From Centroscyllium fabricii (taxonomy: Eukaryota), in the NCBI GenBank assembly GCA_051313645.2, contig JBNRSN020000058.1:1116001-1180000 (forward strand): a stretch of DNA of 64,000 nt, written 5' to 3'. Shown here piece by piece: positions 42,901 through 55,051 of this stretch. The translations under genes were made by a program, and so were the position numbers. Position 1 is the first letter of the stretch. Each line of letters opens with the position of its first letter. The notes beneath the pieces are model-generated. The model saw only the letters and a program-made list of their open reading frames with translations, made no database searches and was not told the origin of the DNA.

Positions 42901-43087
42901 GATGTGTTAGTATTTGTGAGTGTGTGTGATTAAGTATGTATGGATGTGTTAGTATTTGTGAGTGTGTGTGACTAAGTATGTATGTATGTGTTAGTATTTG
43001 TGAGTGTGTGTGACTAAGTATGTATGGATGTGTTAGTATTTATGAGTGTGTGTGACTAAATATGTATGGATGTGTCAGTATTTGTGA
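39974..43087. repeat. ~3.1-kb GT-rich compound satellite (unit ~36-44 bp: GAG(TG)nACTA(AG)TATGTATGGATGTGTTAGTATTTRT)
   Basis: Directly visible. Unit length varies through its TG and TATG sub-repeats. One orphan unit lies at ~35081-35128. Confidence 0.97.
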
Positions 43088-43122
43088 ATCAACGTTGGAG
43101 TTTACCTTCCATTCACTTTATT

Positions 43123-43951
43123 GGGCCAGAAATTCGGGTGTGCCGGTTGGTGCGGGTGCAAGGACCCTGCAGACACCTATAGCACCGCACCAACATCGCA
43201 CTTTTTTTACGTCCAGACCTTCCAGTTGGCTCCGCCCCGTTCCTGCGCTGCGTGGCAGTCCTGCCACGCTAGGAGCGCAGTATATGCGCTGCCGCGTGCG
43301 TGCGTAGCAGTGATGCCCCGCCCACAGATCCCTAATTTAAATAAAAAACGCCCCCTGTTTCAGAGTCGGACCTCTTAGAGAGCAGGGACGTGAGGCGCTG
43401 CACCCACAGACTCGGCAGTGAGCAGCGCGGCCAGAGCAGCTTTTCACTCGAGGTAAGTCTCAGCCATTTTTTCTCTTAGTTTTTTAACTTAACTAAATAG
43501 TTAAAAATTTCAGAACTTAAAATTTAAAAATTAACGATTTGGAATAGGTATAACAATTGAAATTCGGATTTTTAAATTAAAAAAAACACTTTAACAGCAA
43601 AATTTAATGTTAGAGATCTGGCCACGTTACTCCAAAAAATTGATAAATACTTAAAATTTAAATTAAAAAAGTCATTTTCCTTGTTTAGGAATGCACTGCT
43701 CTCACCAACGCACGGGTTATGACTCCTTTTTTCCCATGCAGCTCAGAGCCCATTTGCCCACAGATGAATGCACAGAATCACACCCAAAAACATCGGGATT
43801 TTTGGGTGCAATTCTTTTGTGCGTTCCATGCTTCTCCCTCAGCATCAGAAAGCTCCGATCCATGGGCATGCCCCTTGCGATCATCGCACGGGGCATATTG
43901 GCCCCCCTCCGTGCGGGTGCAACTGGTGCGAGGCACCCGAATTTCTGGCCC
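43123..43951 (+). mobile_element. Non-autonomous TIR element (MITE, family A copy 2)
   Basis: Perfect 18-bp TIRs GGGCCAGAAATTCGGGTG / CACCCGAATTTCTGGCCC; ATT TSD (43120-43122, 43952-43954). Confidence 0.92.
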
Positions 43952-44431
43952 ATTATATAACAATACTTTGTTACTCTTAGCATGATTGTATTAATAATAG
44001 AGAACGATTATGATGGTAAGGGGCACTTTAACACAATACTTTGGCGATGGGGTAAGATCTTGATCCTGCATTACAGCAGTGACGACACTTCAAAAGTATT
44101 TAATTGGCTGGAAATCGCTTTGAAACGTCATCAGGTCGTTATAGGTGCTATATAAATGCAATCTTGTCTTTCTTTTTCTTCTGTTGATAAGGCAAACTTT
44201 AGCTCAGTTGAATTTTGCCGGACACTGATAACAACGAAACGCACAGATAGACGACATGTAGCCCTGGATGATTACATTGGAGCATACAGACCGAGCGTGG
44301 TCTCGCTTTACAGAAACGATGGCATTGCCTGCCTGCATTTTGGTGAACCGAAGGTTACATGGCACACTACCAAAGGTTGCCATGGCATTCCTCGGTAATT
44401 TCCCTCAGGGTACATTTTTGTTTGAAGAGGT

Positions 44432-45252
44432 TTGAAATGTGAGGTTATCCACTTTGGGGGCAAAAACAGGAGGGCAGATTACTACTTAAATGGCAATAGA
44501 TTGGGAGATGGGGAGGTGCAGAGAGACCTGGGTGTTCTTGTGCACCAGTCGCTGAAGGCGAGCACGCAGGTGCAGCAGGCGGTTGGGAAGGCAAATGGTA
44601 TGTTGGCCTTCATATCAAGAGGGTTCGAGTATCGGAATAAGGATACCTTACTGCAGCTGTACAAGGCACTGGTGAGACCACACCTCGAGTATTGTGTACA
44701 GTTCTGGTCGCCTCGCCTGAGGAAGGATGTTCTTGCCATGGAAGGAGTGCAGCGGCGTTTCACCAGGCTGATTCCTGGAATGGCAGGAATGACCTACGAG
44801 GAGAGATTGTGTAGTCTGGGCTTGTACTCGTTGGAGTTTAGAAGATTGAGAGGCGATCTCATTGAGACGTATAAAATTCTGAAAGGTCTGGACAGGTTAG
44901 ATTCAGAGAGAATGTTTCCAATGGCGGGGGAGTCCAGAACCAGGGGCCACAGTCTAAGGATAAGGGGTAAACCATTTAGGACAGACATGAGGAAGAATTT
45001 CTTCACTCAGAGAGTGGTGGGCCTGTGGAATTCCCTGCCACAGAGGGCGGTGGAGGCCAGTTCATTAAACATATTCAAGAGGGAATTGGATATATTTCTT
45101 CAAGCTAAAGGGATTAAAGGTTATGGAGAAAAGGCGGGGACGGGGTACTAGCTTGCTAAAGATCAGCCATGATCTCATTGAATGGCGGAGCAGGCTGAAG
45201 GGCTGAATGGCCTACTCCTGCTCCTATCTTCTATGATTCTATGATTCTATGA
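44432..45252 (+). mobile_element. CR1 LINE 3' fragment (young, open ORF2 C-terminus)
   Basis: KCEVIHFG...LVRPHLEYCVQFWSP...RGDLIETYKIL...GIKGYGEKAG*, short 3' UTR and (ATTCTATG)n tail. Confidence 0.95.
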
Positions 45253-47088
45253 GCCCTCTCGATTTTTAAATTGCCGTCAGTATGTGAGGATCTGAACCCC
45301 ACCCAAAACACTTTCAATTATAAAGGTGTTCACAGCAAAGCTGTTTGCGTTACAGGTATGAACTATCGGGCCTACTTTGATGGACCAATAAGAGTGACAC
45401 TAAGTTGCCCCAGTGCAACCTAACAAGAACCAGCGCAAAAAGTGTCCTTATTAGGGCAGCACTAATATAATCAACAGACATATGATCCAATCAAACTAAA
45501 CTTTGTCAAAAATAAGCAACAAAGTCCCAACAGAACCAAAAGGAATTTCACCAACTAAACCATAATTAGCAGTGTCTCTGTACCCTGTGGTGCCAGCGGT
45601 CACCTCAGGCTCAAGCGTTCCCGGAATCTCGGGGTTTCAATGGTCATGGAATCATCCCATTTTCCGGTGTCCCTAACTGAGTGAATTCACGAATTTTGCA
45701 ATTCCTGGAGTGAAATGGCGAACTTGCGACGTTCAGCGCTCGCACGGTCTCGTTTATTGTTTTAGTAAAATAATGTTTTGATAACACAATTGAGTTGGCA
45801 GAACCCGGTGACACTGTGCTAACACAATTAATTCTGGGCAATCAAGAACGTTAAATAAAAATTCGATACAACAACATTTATCTAAATAAACATAGAGCAC
45901 ACACCCGAAAGTTATATAAATAAGCCTAGAACTTGGCCGAAAAAATTACCTTAATAAATAAACAGCAAGTACTCCAAAGCAGGAAACTAGAATTTAAGCA
46001 ATATATCTTAAATCGGCATTACCCAGAGAAAACCTATCATAAATTAGATTTAGATGATTGCGTTTCTATCGTGTAATGTCCTACATCGACATCTAATCAT
46101 GTTTATTTAAATCATACCATGTCCAAGTCAATGATTATAGTTTTTTCAACAATTAAATGCGTATTTTGTAATTGTCCAGTCCAGGCGACAGTAAGTTGTT
46201 GCGCTACACTTTGTATCTGAGTTTTGGTTCATTTTTCTCCTTCCCCGACACACTATTCTCTCACTCTTTTCAAAACGACACCAACTCTTTGGTAATGAAA
46301 GGAAAGAAAACGACTAATTAGAGAAGCGTTTAATGTGCCCACTTGTTGCTCATTACAATAGAGAAGCAACGCTAACTCGTTTATTTATACCCTTACTTGG
46401 AGCACATTTGAAGCCTCCACATTTTCAAATACACAACATTCGTGTAATTACACAAAATATAAAAAAGCAGGTTTTCTGATATGTTGCATCAAGTGTTCCC
46501 ATCAATATTGTCAGATCAGGCAGCAATAACGGGAATGAGAGAAAGGAAACTCCGTTTGGCAGAGTCTGTTCTTGTGCTCTTAAAATACAACAAATCCCAG
46601 GTGCACCACAACGTTTTATACTAACGCTGTTATAAGGCTGCTTATCACAATTTATAGATAATGCATCAATTCTAATTTGTTTTTCTCTGAATTAAACTGT
46701 CCTTTGCAATATTACCACCTGGAACATTGCTGGATACGGAACAGTTGCTACGAGCCTCCTTTAATCGCGCACCAGAAAAAAATACAAAACTGAAGGCATA
46801 TTATTAATGGATTATACTAATGAGCTGGCGTCTTCCTTTCTTTTCTTGAACAATTTGAAACTTTTCATAAACCGATTGTCACAATCCCACCTATTTGTCA
46901 ATTTCAAGCCAAATAATAACTTTCAGCATGAATATTTCTTTTAATGTTGCGGTTGATGACATAATAACTGTTAAACATTAAACTAGAAATTCCTTATCAT
47001 TAGTGACGAATAATTAAAAGGAAGAGCGATGGAGCATATTTCAAATGCGTTTGAAACTGAGTGTGCAAGATTGCTGTTTATTCCAAGG

Positions 47089-47107
47089 CAGTCAGTAGGG
47101 GGCGCTC
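47089..47107 (+). promoter_or_regulatory. CTCF-like motif
   Basis: CAGTCAGTAGGGGGCGCTC is close to the CCASYAGRKGGCRC consensus. Motif evidence only. Confidence 0.4.
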
Positions 47108-48218
47108 TCTTAACACTGCTGTGAACTATCTCCGCTCCAGCGAACAGCCATCTGGAAAAGATAGGCTCGTGGGACATATGGTTTGGGATAAATGCAACCA
47201 ACAAAAAGGAAATATATCCTGGCCTTTATGACAGATACGAAAAACTGACGTTCTGTTTAACTTATTTATCATCAGCTGTTTATCTTAAGTTGTTGATTTT
47301 GCAAAAATATTGATGGAAAGCAAATTGCACAACTTTTTTAGGCCAATTTAAGCAGTGCACTCTAGCAATCAAACAGAACTTTGTTTAGAGAAAATTATTG
47401 ATGGAAAAAAATTGCCCGGTAGCAGAGCAATTGAGTCATTGACTTCACGCCTTTGTGGTTAAAGCATATGATACATAGACTAGCACAGACACATGACTTG
47501 CAATGGATGGAAAACAAGGACAATGAATCCTTGGGTATAGAGAACTCAGCAGTATTTGGCCACGTAAGTCCTCAGGTATTGAAGGTGGCTTTGTAGGAAA
47601 AACATGGGAAAATAGAGACTGCGATGTATCGAAGCTTGATTAATGCTAGTTTAATAGTGAGGCCTGTTGTTATGCTAATTACTAGAAACCAATCTAATTT
47701 TTCAAAATATGCTTGTAATTTCTTTCCTTTTATCATCTCAAAAGTGATTTGCTCCAACTTTTTATGACAATCAAAGTAGTTTCCTACATTACAACAGTGA
47801 CTACATTTCAAAATGACTTCATTGGTTATAAAGCGCTTTGGGACAACCTTAGATCGTGCATCATCTGTTTGGTGCTTCCGCACAGTTACACGACAAAGGG
47901 ATTGCTACCGCAAACCCACATGCTACCAATTGATGGCACAGTATGTTGGCATGGTCCCATAGTAACTCTAAGAGTATTGCCTCACCCATACCTCCTATCA
48001 TAGAGTCAGTCTACTAAGGATGAGGGGCGTGATATGTATATATTCATAACCTTGTATTTATTCAGAAGTTACTATGCTTCATAGTTGGTGTGTCTTAAGC
48101 TTGAGGATGTGTCATCATCTGTTGGGTTAAAATTATACCCCCAAATCCTTATTGTAACCCCATTGTGGATCCTGGAAAATATGTTAAATGCCTCCCTCAG
48201 AAATTCATGATACCTAGC

Positions 48219-49282
48219 AACATCAATGGGAATTGGGGGGAAAACTCTCCACTGGCTGGAGTCATACCTAGCACAAAGGAAGATGGTTGTAGTGATTGAA
48301 GGTCAATCATCTCAGCCTCAGGACATCGCTGCAGGAGTTCCTCAGGGCAGTGTCTTAGCCCCAACCATCTTCAGCTGCTTCATCAATGACCTTCCCTCCA
48401 ACATAAGGTCAGAAATGGGGATGTTCGTTGATGACTGCATAGTGTTCAGTGCCATTCACAAATTCTCAGGTATTGAAGCAGTCCATGCCCACATGCAACA
48501 GGACCTGGATGATGTTCAGACTTGGGCTGATAAGTGACAATTAACATTCAGACCACTGAAGTGCGAGGCAATGACTATCTCCAACAGGCAAGAGTTTAAC
48601 CACCACCCCATGACATTCAACGGCATTACGATCACCGAATCCTCCATCATCAACATCCTGGAGGTCACCATTGACCAGAAACTTAACTGGACCAGCCACA
48701 TAAATACTGTGGCAACAAGAGCAGGTCAGAGGCTAGGTATTCTGCAGTGAGTGTCTCACTACCTGACTCCCCAAAGCCTTTCTACCATCTTCAAGACACA
48801 AGTAAGGAGTGTGATGGAATACTCTCCATTTGCCTGGATGAGTGCAGCTCGAACAATCCAGGACAAAGCAGCCTGCTTGACTCATCCACCACCTTAAACA
48901 TTCACTTCCTCCACCACTGGCGTACCGTGGCTGCAGTGTGTACCATCTACAAGATGCACTGCAGCAACTCACCAAGGCTTCTTCGGCAGCACCTCCCAAA
49001 CCCGTGACCTCTTCCACCTAGAAGGACAAGGGCAGCAGGCACATGGGAACACCACCACCTCCACATTCTCCTCCAAGTCACATGCCATCCTGACTTAGAA
49101 GTATATCGCCGATCCTTCATCGTCACTGGGTCAAAATCCTGGAACTCCCTCCCTAACAGCACTGTGTGAGTACCTTCAGCACACGGACTGCAGCGGTTCA
49201 AGAAGGCGGCTCACCACCACCTTCTCAAGGGCAATGAGGTGTGGGCAATAAATGCTTGCCTTGCCAGCGACGCCCACATCCC
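48219..49282 (+). mobile_element. Degenerate CR1-group LINE 3' part (second family)
   Basis: GKTLHWLESYLAQRKMVVV...AGVPQGSVLAPTIFSCFINDL...FVDD, with stops and frameshifts. Its 3' tail is shared with the SINE at 57797. Confidence 0.9.
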
Positions 49283-50185
49283 ATAAACGAATAATAAAAA
49301 AACCTATTTCTTTAAGACTTGTTCCTTTACAGTTTGAAAGGATGAATTGACGTCACTTCCATTTCCAATAACTGCAGCATCAAGAATTTAAATAAGTTCA
49401 ATGAAAAGATTGTTTCTTTTATGAATTCTCTATCATGATGGTAAATATTCATACAAGGCAAATATACCATCGGAATAAATATTCTGGGTGCAAATAATAT
49501 CCACCTTCCTCCATTTCCTTCAATTTTTTATACAATCAGGAAATTGATGATGCCCAATTTGTTTCCTTATGAATAATAGAAATCATCCCTTTATGTTGAT
49601 ATACTTCTCTTAAACCTGATATGCTATTTACAAAATTAAACTGCAGTGTCTCTAACTCAACCAAATCCAAATCTGAATAAAGAGCAAAACCTTTCCGATA
49701 TGTTACCAGGTGGGGTTGGAGTACTGATGACCACCTGTGAAAAGTCAGTATGTCAGAGACTTAGTTAATACACTTGGGCATATCACTTAAATTCAGTAAA
49801 CTGGAACCAATAGCATTTCTGGTTAAATATGTGCACTTGATCTTTTTTTCCAACACAACAAAAAATGAATACAACCCTAACTTTTTTCCCTCAAGTTCTA
49901 CCTGTGGTCTTTCTGGAATTGTTTTCTTGTGGTCCACGTCAGTTGAGAACTTTTTGAAAGCATTTGACCCATCATTCGATCTTGCTTCTTCTGAAATTAA
50001 AGCCAACCCATTCTTACTTTTACTGGAAGACAGGGTGATACCGAATTTCTCCCCCTTTGTCTTTCTTGGCCGAAAGAAGCTTTGTTATTTTGCATACAGT
50101 CTTGATTTCTCTCTCTTTGCTGATGGTTCCACTTCTACTGTATATCCAGTTTTTTTGACATTTCTTGTACTACCTTTAACTTCCT

Positions 50186-51125
50186 TCAATTCAATTCAAT
50201 TCAATTCAATTTATTGTCATTGTAAAGTGAACATACACAAAACAACGAAATGCAAACATGCAATCTCCCAAATTATCAAAATGTCCGTTAGTCCCAGTCT
50301 GATCCATTCCATCCCACCAGGACCACCCGGCGCTGCAGCCACGATGCGCCCGGTGCCCAGCCACGCAGGCCCTGGCGCTCCGGCCACGCAGCTCCCGGCC
50401 TCAAACGGCCTCGCAGCTCCCGGCCCCCGACGGCCTCGCAGCTCTCAGCGCCCGACGGCCTCGCAGCTCCCGGCCCCCGACGGCCTCGCAGCTCTCAGCG
50501 CCCGACGGCCTCGCAGCTCCCGGCCCCCGATGGCCACGCAGTTCCCGGCCCACGATGGCCTCGCAGCTCCCGGCCCCAAACGGCCTCGCAGCTCCCGGCC
50601 CCCGACGGCCTCGCAGCTCTCGGTGCCCGACGGCCTCGCAGCTCCCGGCCCCCGACGACCTCGCAGCTCTCAGCGCCCAACGGCCTCGCAGCTCCCGGCC
50701 CCCGACGGCCTCGCAGCTCTCAGCGCCCGACGGCCTCGCAGCTCCCGGCCCCCGACGGCCTCGCAGCTCTCAGCGCCCGATGGCCTCGCAGCTCCCGGCC
50801 CCCGACGGCCTCGCAGCTCCCGGCCCCCGACGGCCTTGCAGCTCCCGGCCCCCGACGACCTCGCAGCTCCCGGCCCCCGACGGCCTCGGAGGTCTCAGCG
50901 CCCGACGGCCTCGCAGCTCCCGGCCCTCGACGGCCTCGCAGCTCTCAGCACCCCAGCGCTCCGACCACGACGGCTTGGTGAGTCAACACCAGTGCTCCGA
51001 TTGAGGAGCACCAGTGCTCTACTCCACTGACCCCGCCGTCCTCTCCAGGAACAGTGCGGGAACCAGGGACACCATCACTTCGGGAGACGCAAAGCCGCTG
51101 CGTCTATGCGCGCCGCCATCTTGTC
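50186..51125 (-). mobile_element. Non-autonomous Rex/Babar-like retroposon carrying an internal minisatellite
   Basis: (TTGAA)n tail after AATAAA at the left end; CAAGATGGCGGCG-type head at the right end; GC-rich body; no RT coding sequence. Confidence 0.55.
50380..50955. repeat. 25-bp GC-rich minisatellite (CGGCCTCGCAGCTCCCGGCCCCCGA and variant ...CTCTCAGCGCCCGA), ~23 copies
   Basis: 25-bp period is visible (50406, 50431, 50456...). It accounts for the repetitive part of ORF 49774-51030. Confidence 0.95.
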
Positions 51126-51229
51126 TCCGCATCTTATTCTTATTCCTCTGTACCTTTTCCATTCTTTATGGATCCTGCCATCATTCAGGTTCAATCTTTA
51201 ATTTCTTTTACCTGCTTCCATGTTCTGCC

Positions 51230-52940
51230 ATTCAGGACCTTAAACCCTTTTCTCCTGCCCCATCTTTCCTCACCTCCAACAACAAGTGCGACAAGTTCAG
51301 GGATTTCTTTGCCATTAAGATTGAAACCATCCATTCTGTTATTTCTGCTGCATCGCTCCCTTCCCCAAGCCCACCAAGCCAAGCTTCCCCCTCGGTTCTT
51401 CCGTGCTGAGCCCTGAACGCGCAGCTTTCTCTAGTTTCGCTCCTATCTTCCCTCATACACTCACCAAGTTCATCTTCTCCATGAGACTCACCTTCTTCTT
51501 TATCACCCCTATTCCCACAAAACTGCTGACCACCCAACTTTCCTTCCTGGCCCCCATGCTAGCTGATATTGTAAATGGTGCCCTCTCATCGGGTACTATA
51601 CCCCTCCCTTTCAAATCTGCCGTCATCACCTCCCTCCTCCAAAAACCCACTCTTGCCCCCTCAGTCCTTGCAAGCTACCACCACATCTCCAACCTCCCTT
51701 TCCTCTCTAATGTTATTGAATGTGTTGTCGCCTCCCAAATCTGTGCTCATCTTTCCTGCAACTCCGTGTTTGAACCCCTCCAATCAGATTTCTGCCCCGC
51801 CGCAGCACGGAAACGGCCCTAATCATAGTCACAAATGACATGCTCTGTGACTGTGACTGTACTGAACTGTCCCTCTCTGCAGCCTTTGCCACGGTTGAAC
51901 ACACCATCCTTCTCCAATGCTCCAATGTTGCCCAGCTGAGTGGGACTGCCCTTGCCATTTTCACTCTTCCCAATCCAGTCATTGCCAAAGAATCTCCTGC
52001 AATGGCTTCTATTCCTGCCCCCACACTGTTACTTTCAGAGTATTCCAAGGCTCTATCATTAGCCCCCTCCTATTATCTATATTATGCCCCTTGGCAACAT
52101 CATCCGAAGACATGAAGTCAGGTTCCACATGTATGCTTATGACACCCAGCTCTATCTCATCACCAACTCTCTTGACCCCCTCTACTGCCTCTATGTTGTC
52201 AGACTGCTTATCCAACATCCAGTCATTGATGAGCCACAATTTCCTCCAATTAAACATTGGGAAGAACAAAGCCATTGTCTTTGGTCTTCACCACAAACTC
52301 CGTTCCCTTGCCATCAATTCCACCCCCTCTCTGGCCACAGTCTCAGGCTGACCTAGACTCTTCAAAACATTGGTGTCCTATTTGACGCTGAACTGAGCTT
52401 CTGACCCCATATCCTCTCCATTACGAAGACCAATTACTTCCACCTCCATAATATTACCTGTCTCTGCCCCTACCTCAGCATATCTGCAACTGAAACCCTC
52501 ATCCATGCTTTTGTTATCTCCAGAGTCATTCTAATGATCTCCTGGCCAGCCTCTCATCTTCCATCCTCCACAAACTTGAGCTCATCCACAATTCTGCTGC
52601 CCATATCCTAACCCACATCCATCAGCCCTGTGCTTGTTGACATACATTGGCCATTAATGCCTTGATTTTAAAATTCTCATCCTTGTGTTGAAATCCCTCC
52701 ACGACCTCACTCCTCCCTATCTCTGTAAACACCTTCAGCCCTGATAAACTCCAAGTGCTCCGCATTCCTCCAACTTTGGCTTCTTGTGCATCACCCACTC
52801 TCTTCACCCCATCATTGGTGGCTGTGCCTTAATTTCTAGAATTCTCTTCTTAAAATCTCTCCAGATTGCCACTTTTCTCTCCTCCTTTAAGACTCTTTGT
52901 AAAACCTACCTCTGTGACCAACCTTATACTCATCCATCCT
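51230..52940 (+). mobile_element. Degenerate L2-type LINE (RT region and 3' end)
   Basis: Fragments PIPTKLL, ASYHHISNLPFLS, LSAAFATVEH, VFQGSIISPLL, FHMYAYDTQLY, NFLQLNIGK spread across frames; pyrimidine-rich sense strand. The tail appears to continue at 53772-53877 after the MITE. Confidence 0.88.
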
Positions 52941-52943
52941 CAT

Positions 52944-53771
52944 GGGCCAGAATTTCCTCTGCTCCAGAGGAGCTGCACATGCACGGAGGGGGGTCCGAAA
53001 TGCCCTGTGGGTGTGCAGCACGGGGGATGCCCACGAATGGGAATTTCCTCTGCTGAGGGAGAAGGGCCCTCAGCATCAAACGCAGGAGTGAGTTGCACCC
53101 AGAATTTGCAATCCAAAAGGGTGATTTTTGGAGAGTGATTCTGTGAGCAACTGGCCCACAAGCTGCACCCGGGAAAACCAGTAGTAAACTCGTGCATGAG
53201 GGACAAGATTTAGTTACTAAAGCAGGTAAGTTAATTTTTTAACTTTAATTTTAATTTTTTACAGTTTTGGGGAGTAATGTGGCCAGATTGGTAGTGTAAA
53301 ATTTTTGTTAAAGTTTTAAAAAAAAATTTACAAATCCGATTTTAAGTTAATTTACCTGTTTCAAATCGCTAATTTTTAAAGTTAAATTTCTGAAATTTTT
53401 AACTATCTAGCTATTAAAAAATCTAAGAGGAAAAAATGGCAGACTTACCTTGCGTTTCTTCCTCTGAGAAGCTGCTCTGCCCGCGCTGCTCCCCGCCGAG
53501 TCTGTGAGTGCACTTCCCTGCTCTCACAAAGGTCCGACTCGGGATCTGTGCGCATTTTTAAATTTAAATTAGCGATCTGGGGGCGTTTTTAATTTAAATT
53601 TGGGATCTGTGGGCGGAGCATACACTGCGCACCTAGCGTGGCTGGACTGCCACGCAGCGCAGGAACGGGGAGGAAAGTCAGGGAGCAACTTCTGTGCGAT
53701 GTTGGTGCGTGCGATAGGTGTCCGCAGGGTCCTAGCGCACGCACCAACCTGCACAGAGGAAAACCTGGCCC
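52944..53771 (-). mobile_element. Non-autonomous TIR element (family A relative, inverted orientation)
   Basis: Ends GGGCCAGAATTTCCTCTG / CAGAGGAAAACCTGGCCC; internal blocks match the 38982/43123 copies on the opposite strand; flanks CAT / ATT (imperfect TSD). Confidence 0.85.
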
Positions 53772-54173
53772 ATTAAATATCTTCATTGGTTCAGTGTCAA
53801 TTTTTGTCAGATTGCACTCCTGTGAAGCGCCTTGGGACATTTTCCTATGTTAAAGGTGCTATATAAATGCAAGTTGTTGGTGCCAGTGACCCATTTTTCT
53901 TCTTTCCATTTTCTGCAGTGAAGAGCTCTCTCAGCTTATTACTCAGCTTAAAATAAAGGTATTTTATTCCCACAACAAAACTACTACTCAATTCTGGGTC
54001 TCTCATTAGCAAATTGCCACCTATTTTGCTATTTCTGCTTGCATGCACTGTATTTTACTTTCAGTATTATTAGACAGTGGCCACTTCCAATATCTGCATC
54101 TCTGTATCATCTGACATTGTTCATAGCTTTTTCCCATCCCCTGTTTACTGCAATGTAACCAATCAGTTTCTTG

Positions 54174-54495
54174 ATTCAAGATTCAAGATTCAAGATTATT
54201 TCATTGCCATATGTAACTGGTACAATGGAATGCTTACTCCCCACTCACTCCCACAATATAAGCATAAGCATAAAAAGCAAAAGTAAAAAACAAGTATAAA
54301 TATAGAAAAATAATAAGCGAATAAGCGAACAAGTGCGGTTAGCAGTTAAGTAGGCGCACTACCTGTGGGTAGAAACTGTTTTTGAACCTGGTGGTCCTGG
54401 TCCGGATGCTGCAGTACCGACGGCCGGACTGCAGGAGGGAGAACAGATCGTGCCCAGGGTGATTGGTGTCCTTGATGATGATACTACTGTGCGAT
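54174..54495 (-). mobile_element. Rex1/Babar LINE 3' fragment
   Basis: IIKDTNHPGHDLFSLLQSGRRYCSIRTRTTRFKNSFYPQVVRLLN C-terminal signature and (TCTTGAA)n tail. Confidence 0.85.
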
Positions 54496-54602
54496 TTCCA
54501 TATCATAGTATGTGCATAAAGTGTACCTCCTGTCACTAGGTTTGTGCATGGTATGAAACTGGGCAAAATGCTCCCCAGCTTCATTAATTGTATCTAAACC
54601 TT

Positions 54603-55051
54603 ACATAGAAATATAGACACTTAGAAGATAGGAGCAGGAGTAGGCCATTCGGCCCCTCGAGCCTGCTCTGCCATTCGATGAGGTCATGGCTGATCATCCA
54701 AATTTAGTACCCCGGACCTGCCTTCTCCCCATATCCCTTGATACCTTTCAGCTCTAAGAAATATATCTAACTCCTTTTTGAATATATTCAATGACTTGGC
54801 CTCAACTACATTCTGTGGTAGAGAATTCCACAGGTTCACCACTCTCTGGGTGAAGACATTCTTCCTCATCTCTGTCCTAAATGGCTTACCCCTTCTTAGA
54901 CTATGACCCCTGGTTCTGGACTATCCGACCATCGGGAACATTCTTCCTGCATCTAGTTTGTCCAGACCTGTCAGAATTTCATAAGTTTCGATGAGATCCC
55001 CTCTCATTCTTCTAAACTCCAGCGAGTATATGCCCAGTCGACCCAATCTCT
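54603..55051 (-). mobile_element. CR1 LINE 3' fragment
   Basis: MRKNVFTQRVVNLWNSLPQ...; 3' UTR matches the other CR1 copies in the window. Confidence 0.92.

Noticed and set aside
38968-43985. Recurrent short ORFs (GQKF..., GSPATLGAQ) in several places, suggesting a gene family
   Set aside because: They are translations of MITE copies; frames are not conserved between copies and there are no transposase motifs.
49774-51030. 418-aa plus-strand ORF
   Set aside because: A chimera of antisense unique sequence, a microsatellite tail and the 25-bp minisatellite; no domain.
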